64,000 nt of DNA from positions 640,001 to 704,000 of the forward strand of contig OZ242184.1 of assembly GCA_965205855.1 (NCBI GenBank). Reading direction: 5' to 3'. This document shows, in pieces, positions 42,598 through 51,465 of the stretch. Position 1 is the first letter of the stretch. The number at the start of each line of letters is the position of its first letter. The notes under the pieces were generated by a model. It was not told the origin of the DNA and made no database searches. It saw nothing but the letters and a program-made list of their open reading frames with translations. Both the position numbers and the translations under genes were made by a program. This DNA is from Thermodesulfobacteriota bacterium. Its GTDB lineage: Bacteria; Desulfobacterota_D; UBA1144; Nemesobacterales; Mycalebacteriaceae.

Positions 42598-42814
42598 GAC
42601 GGGAGTTTTTCAGAAATCGGTTCGGTAAAGGGTGAAGGATAGGGCGGGTTTGTCAAGCATAAACGTTACGGCGATGTCCCACTTTCACAACGGTTACTGT
42701 TATAACGCTGTCGTCAATTTTATAGATAACTCTGTAATCTCTGTGCCTGATTTTGTATTCATTTTTCCTACCCTTTAATTTTTTGTCCAAACGCAGTGTA
42801 TAGTAGTTTTCCTT

Positions 42815-43669
42815 ATGACCCAATCAAATCCCAATCTTCCCGAACAGAGCGGAAACTGTAAGGAAATCTTCGAACTTACGGCTCTTATCTCCGCAATGGG
42901 GGCGGGGCTACTTTCCAATGAAATTGAAGATTTAAAAATAGAGATGGGTCTTTTTCTCGGAGAATACAATTCAAAGGTCGGCGATCTCTATGTGGAACTT
43001 GACAGGGTTAAACTGCAAATTCTTGAATACGAGTTGAGAAAAAAGATTGCGGAAAGCGCGGAATTGGATGAGTCAGGCAAAGATATTGAGGAAGAAGTAA
43101 GCGAAGCGTTTGCCAATGAGCGTGAAAAGATTGAGCAAATGGAAAATGAAGCGTCTGAGTCTTCCAAAAAGCGTGAGGAAAATATTGAGCGTGAAAAACA
43201 CCGTTCCGGCCTTGACGAAAATATAGCAGGGGAAATTAAAAAGATATACCGCGAACTCGCGTCCAAATTTCACCCCGGCAGGGCGAAAGATGAGGAATCA
43301 AAGTTAAAAAATCAGGAAGTCATGAAAAAAATCAATGTCGCTTACGAAGAGGGTGATTTGGAAACTCTTAAAAAATACCGCCGTCAGGCTGACGAAGAGG
43401 AAAAGGTTGAAAGAGAAACTCCCGAAGAAAATTTTGAGCGTTTGAAAAGTGAATATAAAGATGTTTTGAAACTTGTTGAAAAGCTTCAACCGGAGCTTCA
43501 AAATCTGAAAGAGAGCGACACATATAAGCTGAAAGAAAGAGTTAAAGAAGCCAAAGAACTTGGCAAAGATGTTCTTGCGGAATTGGTTGAGAAATTAAAA
43601 GGCGAAATAGAAGAAAATCAGGCAATTCTTCAAGGCCGGATTGCGGAATATGAGGAAGCGCTTCCATGA
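42815..43669 (+). CDS. coiled-coil protein with internal J-domain-like segment (HPG instead of HPD)
   Basis: IKKIYRELASKFHPGR...MKKINVAYEEGD flanked by E/K-rich coiled coils. Confidence 0.8.
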   Translation: MTQSNPNLPEQSGNCKEIFELTALISAMGAGLLSNEIEDLKIEMGLFLGEYNSKVGDLYVELDRVKLQILEYELRKKIAESAELDESGKDIEEEVSEAFANEREKIEQMENEASESSKKREENIEREKHRSGLDENIAGEIKKIYRELASKFHPGRAKDEESKLKNQEVMKKINVAYEEGDLETLKKYRRQADEEEKVERETPEENFERLKSEYKDVLKLVEKLQPELQNLKESDTYKLKERVKEAKELGKDVLAELVEKLKGEIEENQAILQGRIAEYEEALP

Positions 43670-44371
43670 GTGAGAGAAATAAATCCGTTGTTCCAAAAGG
43701 TTCTTCCTCTGTTGTGGAGTTTGACCCTCAAGGGCATAAAGAACTTGTTTTAAGAGGGCTTTCAGATATTGAGGCGGTTGAGGGTGTTTCCTTTCCACTT
43801 ACTAAAGAGTTTTGGAAAAAAGCGACATTGGAAGAAGTAGAGGGTTTGATAAATAGAGGCGGCAGATGTGAACGCAAGGAATAAATACGGCTGGACGGCT
43901 CTGATGGATGCGGCATCTAACAACAATAACGCTGAAGTTACCACAGTTCTCATTCAAAACGGCGCAGATGTGAACGCAAGGGATAAAAAAGGCAACACGG
44001 CTCTGAGGATTGCGGCATTGGACAACAATAACGCTGAAGTTACCACAGCTCTCATTCAAAACGGCGCAGATGTGAACGCAAGGGATAAAAAAGGCAACAC
44101 GGCTCTGAGGATTGCGGCATCTAAGAATAACCCTGAAGTTATAACAGCTCTTATTAAAAGAGGCGCAGATGTGAACGCAAGGAATGAAGGCGGCAAGACG
44201 GCTCTGAGGATTGCGGCATCTAAGAATAACCCTGAAGTTATAACAGCTCTTATTAAAAGCGGCGCAGATGTGAACGCAAGGGATGAAGACGGCAAGACGG
44301 CTCTGATGGATGCGGCATCTAACAATAACCCTGAAATTGCACAAATTCTCAAAGAGTCTGGGGCTAAGTGA
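43666..44371 (+). pseudogene. ankyrin-repeat protein interrupted by a +1 frameshift
   Basis: ATGA overlap with the upstream gene; AGA GGC G GCA GAT at 43855-43867 versus GGC GCA GAT in the other four repeats; removing one G gives a single 234-aa ORF. Confidence 0.85.
43858..44350 (+). repeat. tandem 99-102 bp ankyrin-coding repeats (5 units)
   Basis: GCAGATGTGAACGCAAGG recurs five times. Confidence 0.92.
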
Positions 44372-44652
44372 AAGTGTTTTTTGTTAAACAATAAGGAGTA
44401 AGTTTATAAGAAAAAATTGTAATGCCATTGAACTCATAAAAAGCAGGGTAGGTTCTAAAATAACTAACATTCTTCATTTTTCTCTGCTTTGGGCTTTATT
44501 TGAAGATAATGCCTGTAAGACAGATGCTCAAAAAACAAAATAGGCGAATTTGTGTATTGCAAACTCAATGATTCCCGAAAACAATTGAAGAAAAGGATTT
44601 TGATGCTTTTTACCAACGTTATGGTTTTGCTAAAGTAGATAAATTTCTTTCC

Positions 44653-45306
44653 TTACTTCAAGACCACTCCCGTTTTCTCACTCCAAAGCAACAAATCAAT
44701 CTCATCAATATCAAACCCGTTCCGTTTCGCGTAGCGTTTTAATTTCCCTTCAATCTCAACATACCGCTTCCCATTTGTCGGCGGTTTCGGGTCGTCAACA
44801 ACCTTTAACTCAAACAGACAGTTCATTATGTGCTTGTCCAAAATCGCGTAGCCGGAAAAACCTATGTTTCGCAGGAAGTGACTCGCCTCTTTGAAGCCAA
44901 TGCCCTTTATGTCTCTGTTTGCCGCGAAAAACTCCCGCCTTTCGTTCGGGGTTTTGAAGGAAAGAATCAGGTCTTTCATTTTCAACCCGTGAGTTTCGGA
45001 AAGGTAGTCTCTTGTGTGTAGAAGATAACGCGCTCTCTCATTGGGAAATCTGTGTGCTCCGTTTTTAATGAGCAACTTTGAAAACTGTTTGTCCGATTTC
45101 GCGGAAAACATAACGGGACGCACGGCTTCAATGGATTTTATTCCCATCTTCGCGCTCGCTCCGGCGGTGAATATGCAAAACGCGAGCTCCTCAAATAATT
45201 TCCTGTCATCCGCCCGTTTAATTATTTTGCGAAACTCAGAGAGTTTTGCGCGTATCTCTTTCCGCTTCTCGGGCAGAGATTTTTTCAGTATTTTTGTTGT
45301 CGTCAT
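44653..45306 (-). CDS. 8-oxoguanine N-glycosylase/DNA lyase (OGG2, archaeal/Thermotoga type)
   Basis: FEELAFCIFTA, HRFPNERARY, KGIGFKEASHFLRNIG, AILDKHI, C-terminal Lys. Confidence 0.88.
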   Translation of the reverse strand: MTTTKILKKSLPEKRKEIRAKLSEFRKIIKRADDRKLFEELAFCIFTAGASAKMGIKSIEAVRPVMFSAKSDKQFSKLLIKNGAHRFPNERARYLLHTRDYLSETHGLKMKDLILSFKTPNERREFFAANRDIKGIGFKEASHFLRNIGFSGYAILDKHIMNCLFELKVVDDPKPPTNGKRYVEIEGKLKRYAKRNGFDIDEIDLLLWSEKTGVVLK

Positions 45307-45317
45307 TAAAAACGGGC

Positions 45318-45355
45318 AAAAAAAAAACCGGCGGGTTTTACGCCGCCGGTTTTTT
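45318..45355. terminator. intrinsic terminator after the thiolase gene
   Basis: A-run-CCGGCGG-loop-CCGCCGG-T-run immediately after the stop at 45359. Confidence 0.88.
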
Positions 45356-45358
45356 GTT

Positions 45359-46762
45359 TTATGACTTTCTCGGTCTTCCGGGCCCGCGACGCTTCGCGCC
45401 CGATACCTTCGGTCTTCCGGGTCCGCGTTTTGCCTTCATACCCGAACCTTTGGGTCTTCCGGGCCCGCGTTTTGCTCCGGGCTTTGGTCCCGGTTTCGCT
45501 TTCACGCCCGAACCTTTGGGTCTTCCGCGTCCGCGTCTTCCCGAAGAGGAGGGAGCCGAAACCGAAGAACCACCCAGTTTCTCAACTATCATTGCTATTC
45601 CCATTCCGCCGCCAATGCACAGAGCGGCAAGCCCACGTTTTGCAGAACTTCTTTTTCTCATCTCATGCAGAAGTTTTACAAGAACAACCGTTCCCGACGC
45701 TCCGATCGGATGGCCAAGCGCAATGGCACCTCCGTTCACGTTGGTTTTGCTTTCAGGAATCGGCAGGTCGCTCAAAACCGCGAGAGACTGAGCCGCAAAC
45801 GCCTCGTTAAGCTCAAACAGGTCTATATCGTCAAGAGACATGTTCGCCTTGTCCAGCGCTTTGCGGATTGCCGGCACGGGTCCGACTCCCATTATTGAAG
45901 GGTCAACCGCCGCGACCGCGTAAGACACAATTGCCGCAAAAGGGGCAAGCCCCAACTGCTTTGCTTTTGTTTCGGAAGTTACAAGCGCCGCCGCCGCTCC
46001 ATCGTTAATTCCCGAAGCGTTGCCCGCCGTTACGGTTCCGCCGACTTTGAACACCGGACGCATTCCCGCAAGAGCTTGCTGAGTAACCTCAGGGCGCGGA
46101 TGCTCGTCAACCTTGAAGTCAATCGGGTCCTGCCGTCTCCGAGGAACCGACACGGGAACAATTTCATTTGTGAACCTTCCGGACTCCAGAGCGGCTTTTG
46201 TTTTCATCTGGCTTTTATACGCAAATTCGTCCTGCTCCTCTTTTGACAGATTATAGGATTCCGCGAGGTTTTCCGCCGTAACTCCCATGTGGTAGTCATT
46301 GAAAACGTCCCACAGTCCGTCATTTACCATTCCGTCTATCAGCTCGTCCTTCGGCATAGCCATTCTGTAGCCGTATCTGGCTTTGGTCAGATAAAACGGC
46401 GTCTGGCTCATATTCTCTATTCCGCCCGCCACTATCGTGTCCGCGTCTCCGGCTTTTATCGCCTGCGCCGCAAACGCGACACTCTGAAGCCCCGAACCGC
46501 ACACCCTGTTGAGAGTTATGCCGGGAATGTCCGTTCCAAGACCGGACTTGACCGCGACCTGTCTTGAAGGGTTTTGCCCGAGACCGGCGCCGAGAACATT
46601 TCCCATTATGCAATCATCAACCTCTTTGGGGTCAATTCCCGTTCCGGCGATAACGTCATTGACAACTTTTACTCCCAGTTCAACTGCGGGAATGTCTTTC
46701 AAGGTTCCCCCGAATCCGCCGATTGCCGTTCTGACGGGGTGGGAAATTACAACTTTTTCCAT
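45359..46762 (-). CDS. acetyl-CoA C-acetyltransferase (thiolase) with C-terminal AT-hook tail
   Basis: Catalytic motifs [25 protein letters not shown]; then a 71-aa K/R/G/P-rich tail with four GRP motifs; SD GGAGG. Confidence 0.95.
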   Translation of the reverse strand: MEKVVISHPVRTAIGGFGGTLKDIPAVELGVKVVNDVIAGTGIDPKEVDDCIMGNVLGAGLGQNPSRQVAVKSGLGTDIPGITLNRVCGSGLQSVAFAAQAIKAGDADTIVAGGIENMSQTPFYLTKARYGYRMAMPKDELIDGMVNDGLWDVFNDYHMGVTAENLAESYNLSKEEQDEFAYKSQMKTKAALESGRFTNEIVPVSVPRRRQDPIDFKVDEHPRPEVTQQALAGMRPVFKVGGTVTAGNASGINDGAAAALVTSETKAKQLGLAPFAAIVSYAVAAVDPSIMGVGPVPAIRKALDKANMSLDDIDLFELNEAFAAQSLAVLSDLPIPESKTNVNGGAIALGHPIGASGTVVLVKLLHEMRKRSSAKRGLAALCIGGGMGIAMIVEKLGGSSVSAPSSSGRRGRGRPKGSGVKAKPGPKPGAKRGPGRPKGSGMKAKRGPGRPKVSGAKRRGPGRPRKS

Positions 46763-46898
46763 TAAATAATCCTCCTTCTATATTGTTCAAATTATCGGTA
46801 ATTTGATACGCAAAATTTACACAAATTAATTTAATAACACAAAAACAAAATTATAAATAAATCGATTTGCTGTTAGTTTAACGGCGGAGATTTATTCC

Positions 46899-48032
46899 GT
46901 GGCAGTCAAAAACACATCCGCAGGTAAAACCGCGAAACGGAAAACCATTGCGGTTTTTTTCGGCGGGCGTTCCGCCGAACATGAAGTTTCGCTACTGTCC
47001 GCACGTTCGGTGATTGACAACATTGACCGCTCGCGCTTTTCGGTGCTCGCGGTTTTTGTCGACAGAAACGGAAGGTGGAGGAAAGCCGATGCGGACAGTT
47101 TTGCAATCCGGGGAGTTCTGCCGCCCGAAGCCTCCGCGATTCTTGCTCCCGTTCCCGGAGGGGGCCCTCTTTATGAGATTGAAAACGGAAATGTTTCGCT
47201 AACCCGCGCCGTTGACGCTGTCTTTTCCTTGGTTCACGGAACAGACGGAGAAGACGGGGTGATACAGGGGGTTTTTGAATCATGGGACATCCCGTACGTC
47301 GGCGCGCGCGTGACCGGCTCCGCGATCGCGGCGGATAAACTTACGGCAAAACGGCTTTTACAAAACGCCGGTCTTCCGGTTGTCCGTTTCGCAGCGGTTG
47401 AAAAAAGCGACTGGCACGCGAATGGAGACTCCGTAATTACGCAAGCCGCAGACCAGGTCGGGGTTCCGTGTTTTGTCAAACCTTCCAACCTCGGCTCAAG
47501 CATAGGCATCTACAAAATTGAAAATCCGGATGACATCGCGCCCTTTGCCGTGAAAAGTTTTGAGTTTTCCGACACCGTTATTTTTGAAAGCGCGGTGCCG
47601 GACGCGAGGGAAATAGAAGTGAGCGTCCTTGGTCTGGACAAACCCGAAATATCCGTTCCGGGCGAGATAGTTCCCGCCGGGGATTTCTATGATTACAACT
47701 CAAAATACCGTGATACGGGAAGTAAACTTCTCATTCCCGCTTTCCTGCCGCCGGATATCAGAGAAAACGTCCGCACCGCCGCGGGAGAAACCTTTGCCGC
47801 TCTTCGCTGCACGGGGATGGCGAGGGTTGATTTTCTTTTGGACTCCAAAACCGGAGAGTTTTTTGTGAGCGAATTGAACTCAATTCCGGGATTCACCTCA
47901 ATAAGTATGTATCCCAAACTTTGGGAGGCGAGCGGGGTGCCGTATCCCGATTTGATAAGCCGTCTTATTGATATCGCGTTTGAGTGTGCGTTGCGGAAAA
48001 AAAACCTGAATATTGAATACAAGGGCACGTGA
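46899..48032 (+). CDS. ddl: D-alanine-D-alanine ligase
   Basis: GGRSAEHEVSLLSA, HGTDGEDG, KPSNLGSSIG, FYDYNSKY, ELNSIPGFT..SMYP. Confidence 0.96.
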   Translation: MAVKNTSAGKTAKRKTIAVFFGGRSAEHEVSLLSARSVIDNIDRSRFSVLAVFVDRNGRWRKADADSFAIRGVLPPEASAILAPVPGGGPLYEIENGNVSLTRAVDAVFSLVHGTDGEDGVIQGVFESWDIPYVGARVTGSAIAADKLTAKRLLQNAGLPVVRFAAVEKSDWHANGDSVITQAADQVGVPCFVKPSNLGSSIGIYKIENPDDIAPFAVKSFEFSDTVIFESAVPDAREIEVSVLGLDKPEISVPGEIVPAGDFYDYNSKYRDTGSKLLIPAFLPPDIRENVRTAAGETFAALRCTGMARVDFLLDSKTGEFFVSELNSIPGFTSISMYPKLWEASGVPYPDLISRLIDIAFECALRKKNLNIEYKGT

Positions 48033-48047
48033 ATGCTTTGGAGAAAT

Positions 48048-49004
48048 CTATTTTCCCATAATTTTCCCTATGATCAGCGCCTCCGTTTTCTCGTCTCTGA
48101 ACATTACGAGGAAAACCACTCCGATGATGATGCACGCTCCACCGAGCAGTTTGGCGGTTGACGGAATGGTGTCAAAAAAGACTAGCGAGAGAAGCACAAC
48201 AAACAGGGATTCAAGCGGCATAACCGCCGTGCTCCGGGAAAGACCGAGAAGTCTTATGGAATAAAACTGCAGCGACTTCGCTATGTAGGCGCCGCAAGTG
48301 CCGCCCGCCGCCATGAGAAGCAGCTCTCTGGTTCCGGGAATCTGAAGAGTTCCCGATGCCATCAGATAAACAAGCAAAATCACCGAAACTCCCATTGTTC
48401 TCATTGTTGACACGGTCAGCATATTAAGTCCCCTGCGCACCGCGAGCGTTCTTACCCAGAACGAAACCATTGAATAGCAAAGCGCGGAAACAAGCACCGC
48501 CGCCACGCCGAGCAGCAGATATTGGTCTTTATGGTAAGTAACTACTATTCCGCCGGCGACCGTTAGCCCTATTCCGACCGCTTCTCCCCTGCCTATAGTT
48601 TCACGCAGAAACACCACTCCGAGTAGCAATGAGAAAAGAGTTTGAGCTTTCATAAGAAAGGAGGTCAGCGCGGGCCCTATTATCCAGAGCGCTTTGACCC
48701 AAAGCACGCCTCCGACTGAGGTAAAAAGCGAAGTCAGAATCAGTATGGTTCCGTATTTCCGCAAATTCTTTAATTCATGTTTCTGGGAAGGAATAATGAC
48801 GGATACCGAAAAAGCGGTGATTGCCGCGCCGAAAAACCAGAAAAAAGTTGTTGACGCCGTGCCGATGTTGTCGCTTGAGATGCCCAGATGTTTGCCTATC
48901 AGATATGAAAGGGCGGTAAAAAGAGCCGTTCCCACTATGAATATGTAACCCTTGAGCGGAAATTCTTCGTCACGATTCGCAGAATCTGTGACTGAAGCGC
49001 TCAA
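48048..49004 (-). CDS. DMT/EamA family transporter
   Basis: About 10 hydrophobic helices in two repeats, FLRE motif. Confidence 0.85.
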   Translation of the reverse strand: MSASVTDSANRDEEFPLKGYIFIVGTALFTALSYLIGKHLGISSDNIGTASTTFFWFFGAAITAFSVSVIIPSQKHELKNLRKYGTILILTSLFTSVGGVLWVKALWIIGPALTSFLMKAQTLFSLLLGVVFLRETIGRGEAVGIGLTVAGGIVVTYHKDQYLLLGVAAVLVSALCYSMVSFWVRTLAVRRGLNMLTVSTMRTMGVSVILLVYLMASGTLQIPGTRELLLMAAGGTCGAYIAKSLQFYSIRLLGLSRSTAVMPLESLFVVLLSLVFFDTIPSTAKLLGGACIIIGVVFLVMFRDEKTEALIIGKIMGK

Positions 49005-49007
49005 TTT

Positions 49008-49424
49008 CTACTTAATACCCCGCGCGCCGAGCGCGAGTTTTGTGTAACCCGCCGCCTTTACCGAAGCCATGATGTCGACAATGGTTCCGTGCGAGACGTT
49101 TTCTTCCGCCTTGATAACGGCGGTCGCGGATTTGTCGGGAGATTGTCTGAGCGATTCACCGAGCCCCTTGAGAGAAACCAGTCTTTCATTCAGAAAAATT
49201 CTTCCGTCTTCATAAACCGAGACTATTACTTTTTCCTCTTTTACGTTTTCCACCGGAGAGCCCACTTCGGGGACTTTTATCTGAATTCCCCTGACCGCGG
49301 GCGTGAAGTTGAGAGAAAGCGCGAAAAATATAAGCAGGTTGAAAACAACATCCACAATCGGGGTGAGGTCAAGGTGGTTTGAAAAACCGCGTTTTTTTGA
49401 GAGCCGCGCGCCGCGTTTTTTCAT
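49008..49424 (-). CDS. exbD: ExbD/TolR family protein
   Basis: LDLTPIVDVVFNLLIFF TM motif. Confidence 0.9.
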   Translation of the reverse strand: MKKRGARLSKKRGFSNHLDLTPIVDVVFNLLIFFALSLNFTPAVRGIQIKVPEVGSPVENVKEEKVIVSVYEDGRIFLNERLVSLKGLGESLRQSPDKSATAVIKAEENVSHGTIVDIMASVKAAGYTKLALGARGIK

Positions 49425-50050
49425 TTTCCGTTCCCCGGCACTTCAATCGCCTTAAGCGCTTCGCCCGATGATTGTTCAAGATGGAATATGACGGCTTCGT
49501 ATTTTCCCGATAGGTATTTGTATGCGATAAAAACCGGTATCGCCACTCCGAGCCCCAGGGCGGTTGTGTAAAGCGCCTCGGATATTCCGCCCGCGAGCAA
49601 AGCGGGATTGACTTCAATGTCAAGCGAAATAACGCCGAATATTTTTATCATTCCCGATATGGTTCCGAGCAGACCGAGCAATGTGCTTATGCTGCTTATC
49701 GCTCCGAGCATTTCAATATGGGAATACAGATCAAGCGCCTCATTTTCGAGAGACTGCTCCGTAAGTTCCCCCGCCTCTCTTTTTTCCCCGCCCGCCTCAA
49801 TGGCCACAAGACACACGCGCGCTATCGGGGAGTTGTTTTCTTCGCACAAGGCTTTTGCCCCGTCCAATTCGCCTTTTTCCGCGAGGCGTACAATCGCCCG
49901 CACAAAATTCCCCGGGGCGACTTTTGATTCCCTGAGAAAATAAATTTTTTCAATAAACAGCGCCGTTCCAATAACCGAGCACAGGGCTATCGGGTAGAAA
50001 AACAGACCGGACTTGCCCACTATTTCAAAAACCGCTTCCGCTCCGCTCAT
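49421..50050 (-). CDS. exbB: ExbB/TolQ/MotA proton-channel protein
   Basis: LLGLLGTISGMI, LAGGISEALYTTALGL.VAIP. Confidence 0.9.
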   Translation of the reverse strand: MSGAEAVFEIVGKSGLFFYPIALCSVIGTALFIEKIYFLRESKVAPGNFVRAIVRLAEKGELDGAKALCEENNSPIARVCLVAIEAGGEKREAGELTEQSLENEALDLYSHIEMLGAISSISTLLGLLGTISGMIKIFGVISLDIEVNPALLAGGISEALYTTALGLGVAIPVFIAYKYLSGKYEAVIFHLEQSSGEALKAIEVPGNGK

Positions 50051-51342
50051 CCGTTTTCTCCCTCTGCGGAGCGTGCGATTTTTTCGCCTCGTATCATGTC
50101 CTCAAAGTTTTCCCTCTCTCTTACGATTTGAAAATCGTTTTCTCTTACAAGCGTCTCCGCCGCGCGCGGTCTTGTGTTGTAGTTTGAAGACATTGTGAAA
50201 CAGTATGCGCCCGCGCTCATAACCGCAATTAACTCGTCCCGTTCCACAAGCGGAAAATCTCTGTCAGTCGCAAAAAAATCACCCGATTCGCACACGGGGC
50301 CCACGATGTCGGTTTTTTCCGTTTTCTCTCCGCTTCTGTCCTTCAAAGGAACTATTTCATGATGCGAGCCGTAGAAAGCCGGACGCAAAAGGTCGTTCAT
50401 GGCGGCGTCCACGACTATGAATTTTTTTTCGCTTCCGCGTTTTATGTAACGAGCGCACGAGATCAGCAAACCGGCGTTTGCCACAAGCGACCTTCCGGGC
50501 TCGAGAACAAGTTTGCACTTTGCGCCCTTCATAAGTTTTTCCACGGCTTGTGCAAAACCGCCAAGCGGGGGAGGAGAATCATCCTCCCCGTAGCGCACGC
50601 CGAACCCGCCGCCGATATCCATATAGCCGACTTCAATTCCGTGTTTTTTAAGTTTGAAAAGTAGCCCGAGCAGTTTTTCAACCGAATCCTCAAACGAGGA
50701 AATCTCCAATATCTGCGACCCTATGTGCGCGTCAATTCCCCTGATTTCAATTCCCTCCATTGACTCCGCGCGCAGATAGGTTTCCTCCGCCTCGCGCATG
50801 TCTATTCCAAATTTGCTTTTTTTGAAACCCGTTGAGATATAGGGGTGGGTTTTCGGGTCTATGTCCGGATTAACGCGCAGTGAAACCGGAGCTTTGGCTC
50901 CCATTTCCATCGCCGTCTCATTGATGGTCTCAAGTTCCTGACCGGACTCAACATTAAAAAACAGTATCTTTTTTTCAATCGCGAGTTTTATCTCGTCTTT
51001 ACTTTTGCCGACTCCGGAGAAAACGGTTTTTTTTAAGTCTCCGCCCGCTTTTTCAACCCTAAGTATTTCCCCGCCGGATACAACATCAAAGCCGGCTCCG
51101 AGTCCCGCAAAAAGCGAGAGTACCGACAGGTTTGAGTTCGCTTTGACCGAATAGCATATCAGGGGCGAGAGGGAGCGGAAAGCGGTTTCATACGCGCGGT
51201 ATGAATCTTCAAAAGCCCGCGAGCTGTAGACATAACAAGGCGTTCCGACCGCCTCAGCTATGCGCGAAAGAGGCGTGTCTTCAATAAACAGTTCGCCTTC
51301 CCTGTAGGAGGCGCAATGAGTTGGAATAAAGGGTTTGCTCAT
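50047..51342 (-). CDS. lysA: diaminopimelate decarboxylase
   Basis: YSVKAN, FDVVSGGE, HIGSQ, EPGRSLV, GPVCESGD, SSNYNTRPR. Confidence 0.97.
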   Translation of the reverse strand: MSKPFIPTHCASYREGELFIEDTPLSRIAEAVGTPCYVYSSRAFEDSYRAYETAFRSLSPLICYSVKANSNLSVLSLFAGLGAGFDVVSGGEILRVEKAGGDLKKTVFSGVGKSKDEIKLAIEKKILFFNVESGQELETINETAMEMGAKAPVSLRVNPDIDPKTHPYISTGFKKSKFGIDMREAEETYLRAESMEGIEIRGIDAHIGSQILEISSFEDSVEKLLGLLFKLKKHGIEVGYMDIGGGFGVRYGEDDSPPPLGGFAQAVEKLMKGAKCKLVLEPGRSLVANAGLLISCARYIKRGSEKKFIVVDAAMNDLLRPAFYGSHHEIVPLKDRSGEKTEKTDIVGPVCESGDFFATDRDFPLVERDELIAVMSAGAYCFTMSSNYNTRPRAAETLVRENDFQIVRERENFEDMIRGEKIARSAEGENG

Positions 51343-51465
51343 TTTTCGGAGTAAGACCGTATCCTACATTACATTGGTGGCGCAAGCGAATTGAAAAACA
51401 ACCGCCGGAAAAAGCGCGTTCCGGCATTTATTTTTTACCCTTCACCCTTCATAATAGAAGCTCCA

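Noticed and set aside
28229-44350. Ankyrin repeat pair as a diversity-generating retroelement TR/VR
   Set aside because: Many variable sites involve A, but several are C/T or G/T changes, both copies are coding, and no reverse transcriptase is in the window. Worth revisiting only if a DGR RT is found elsewhere.
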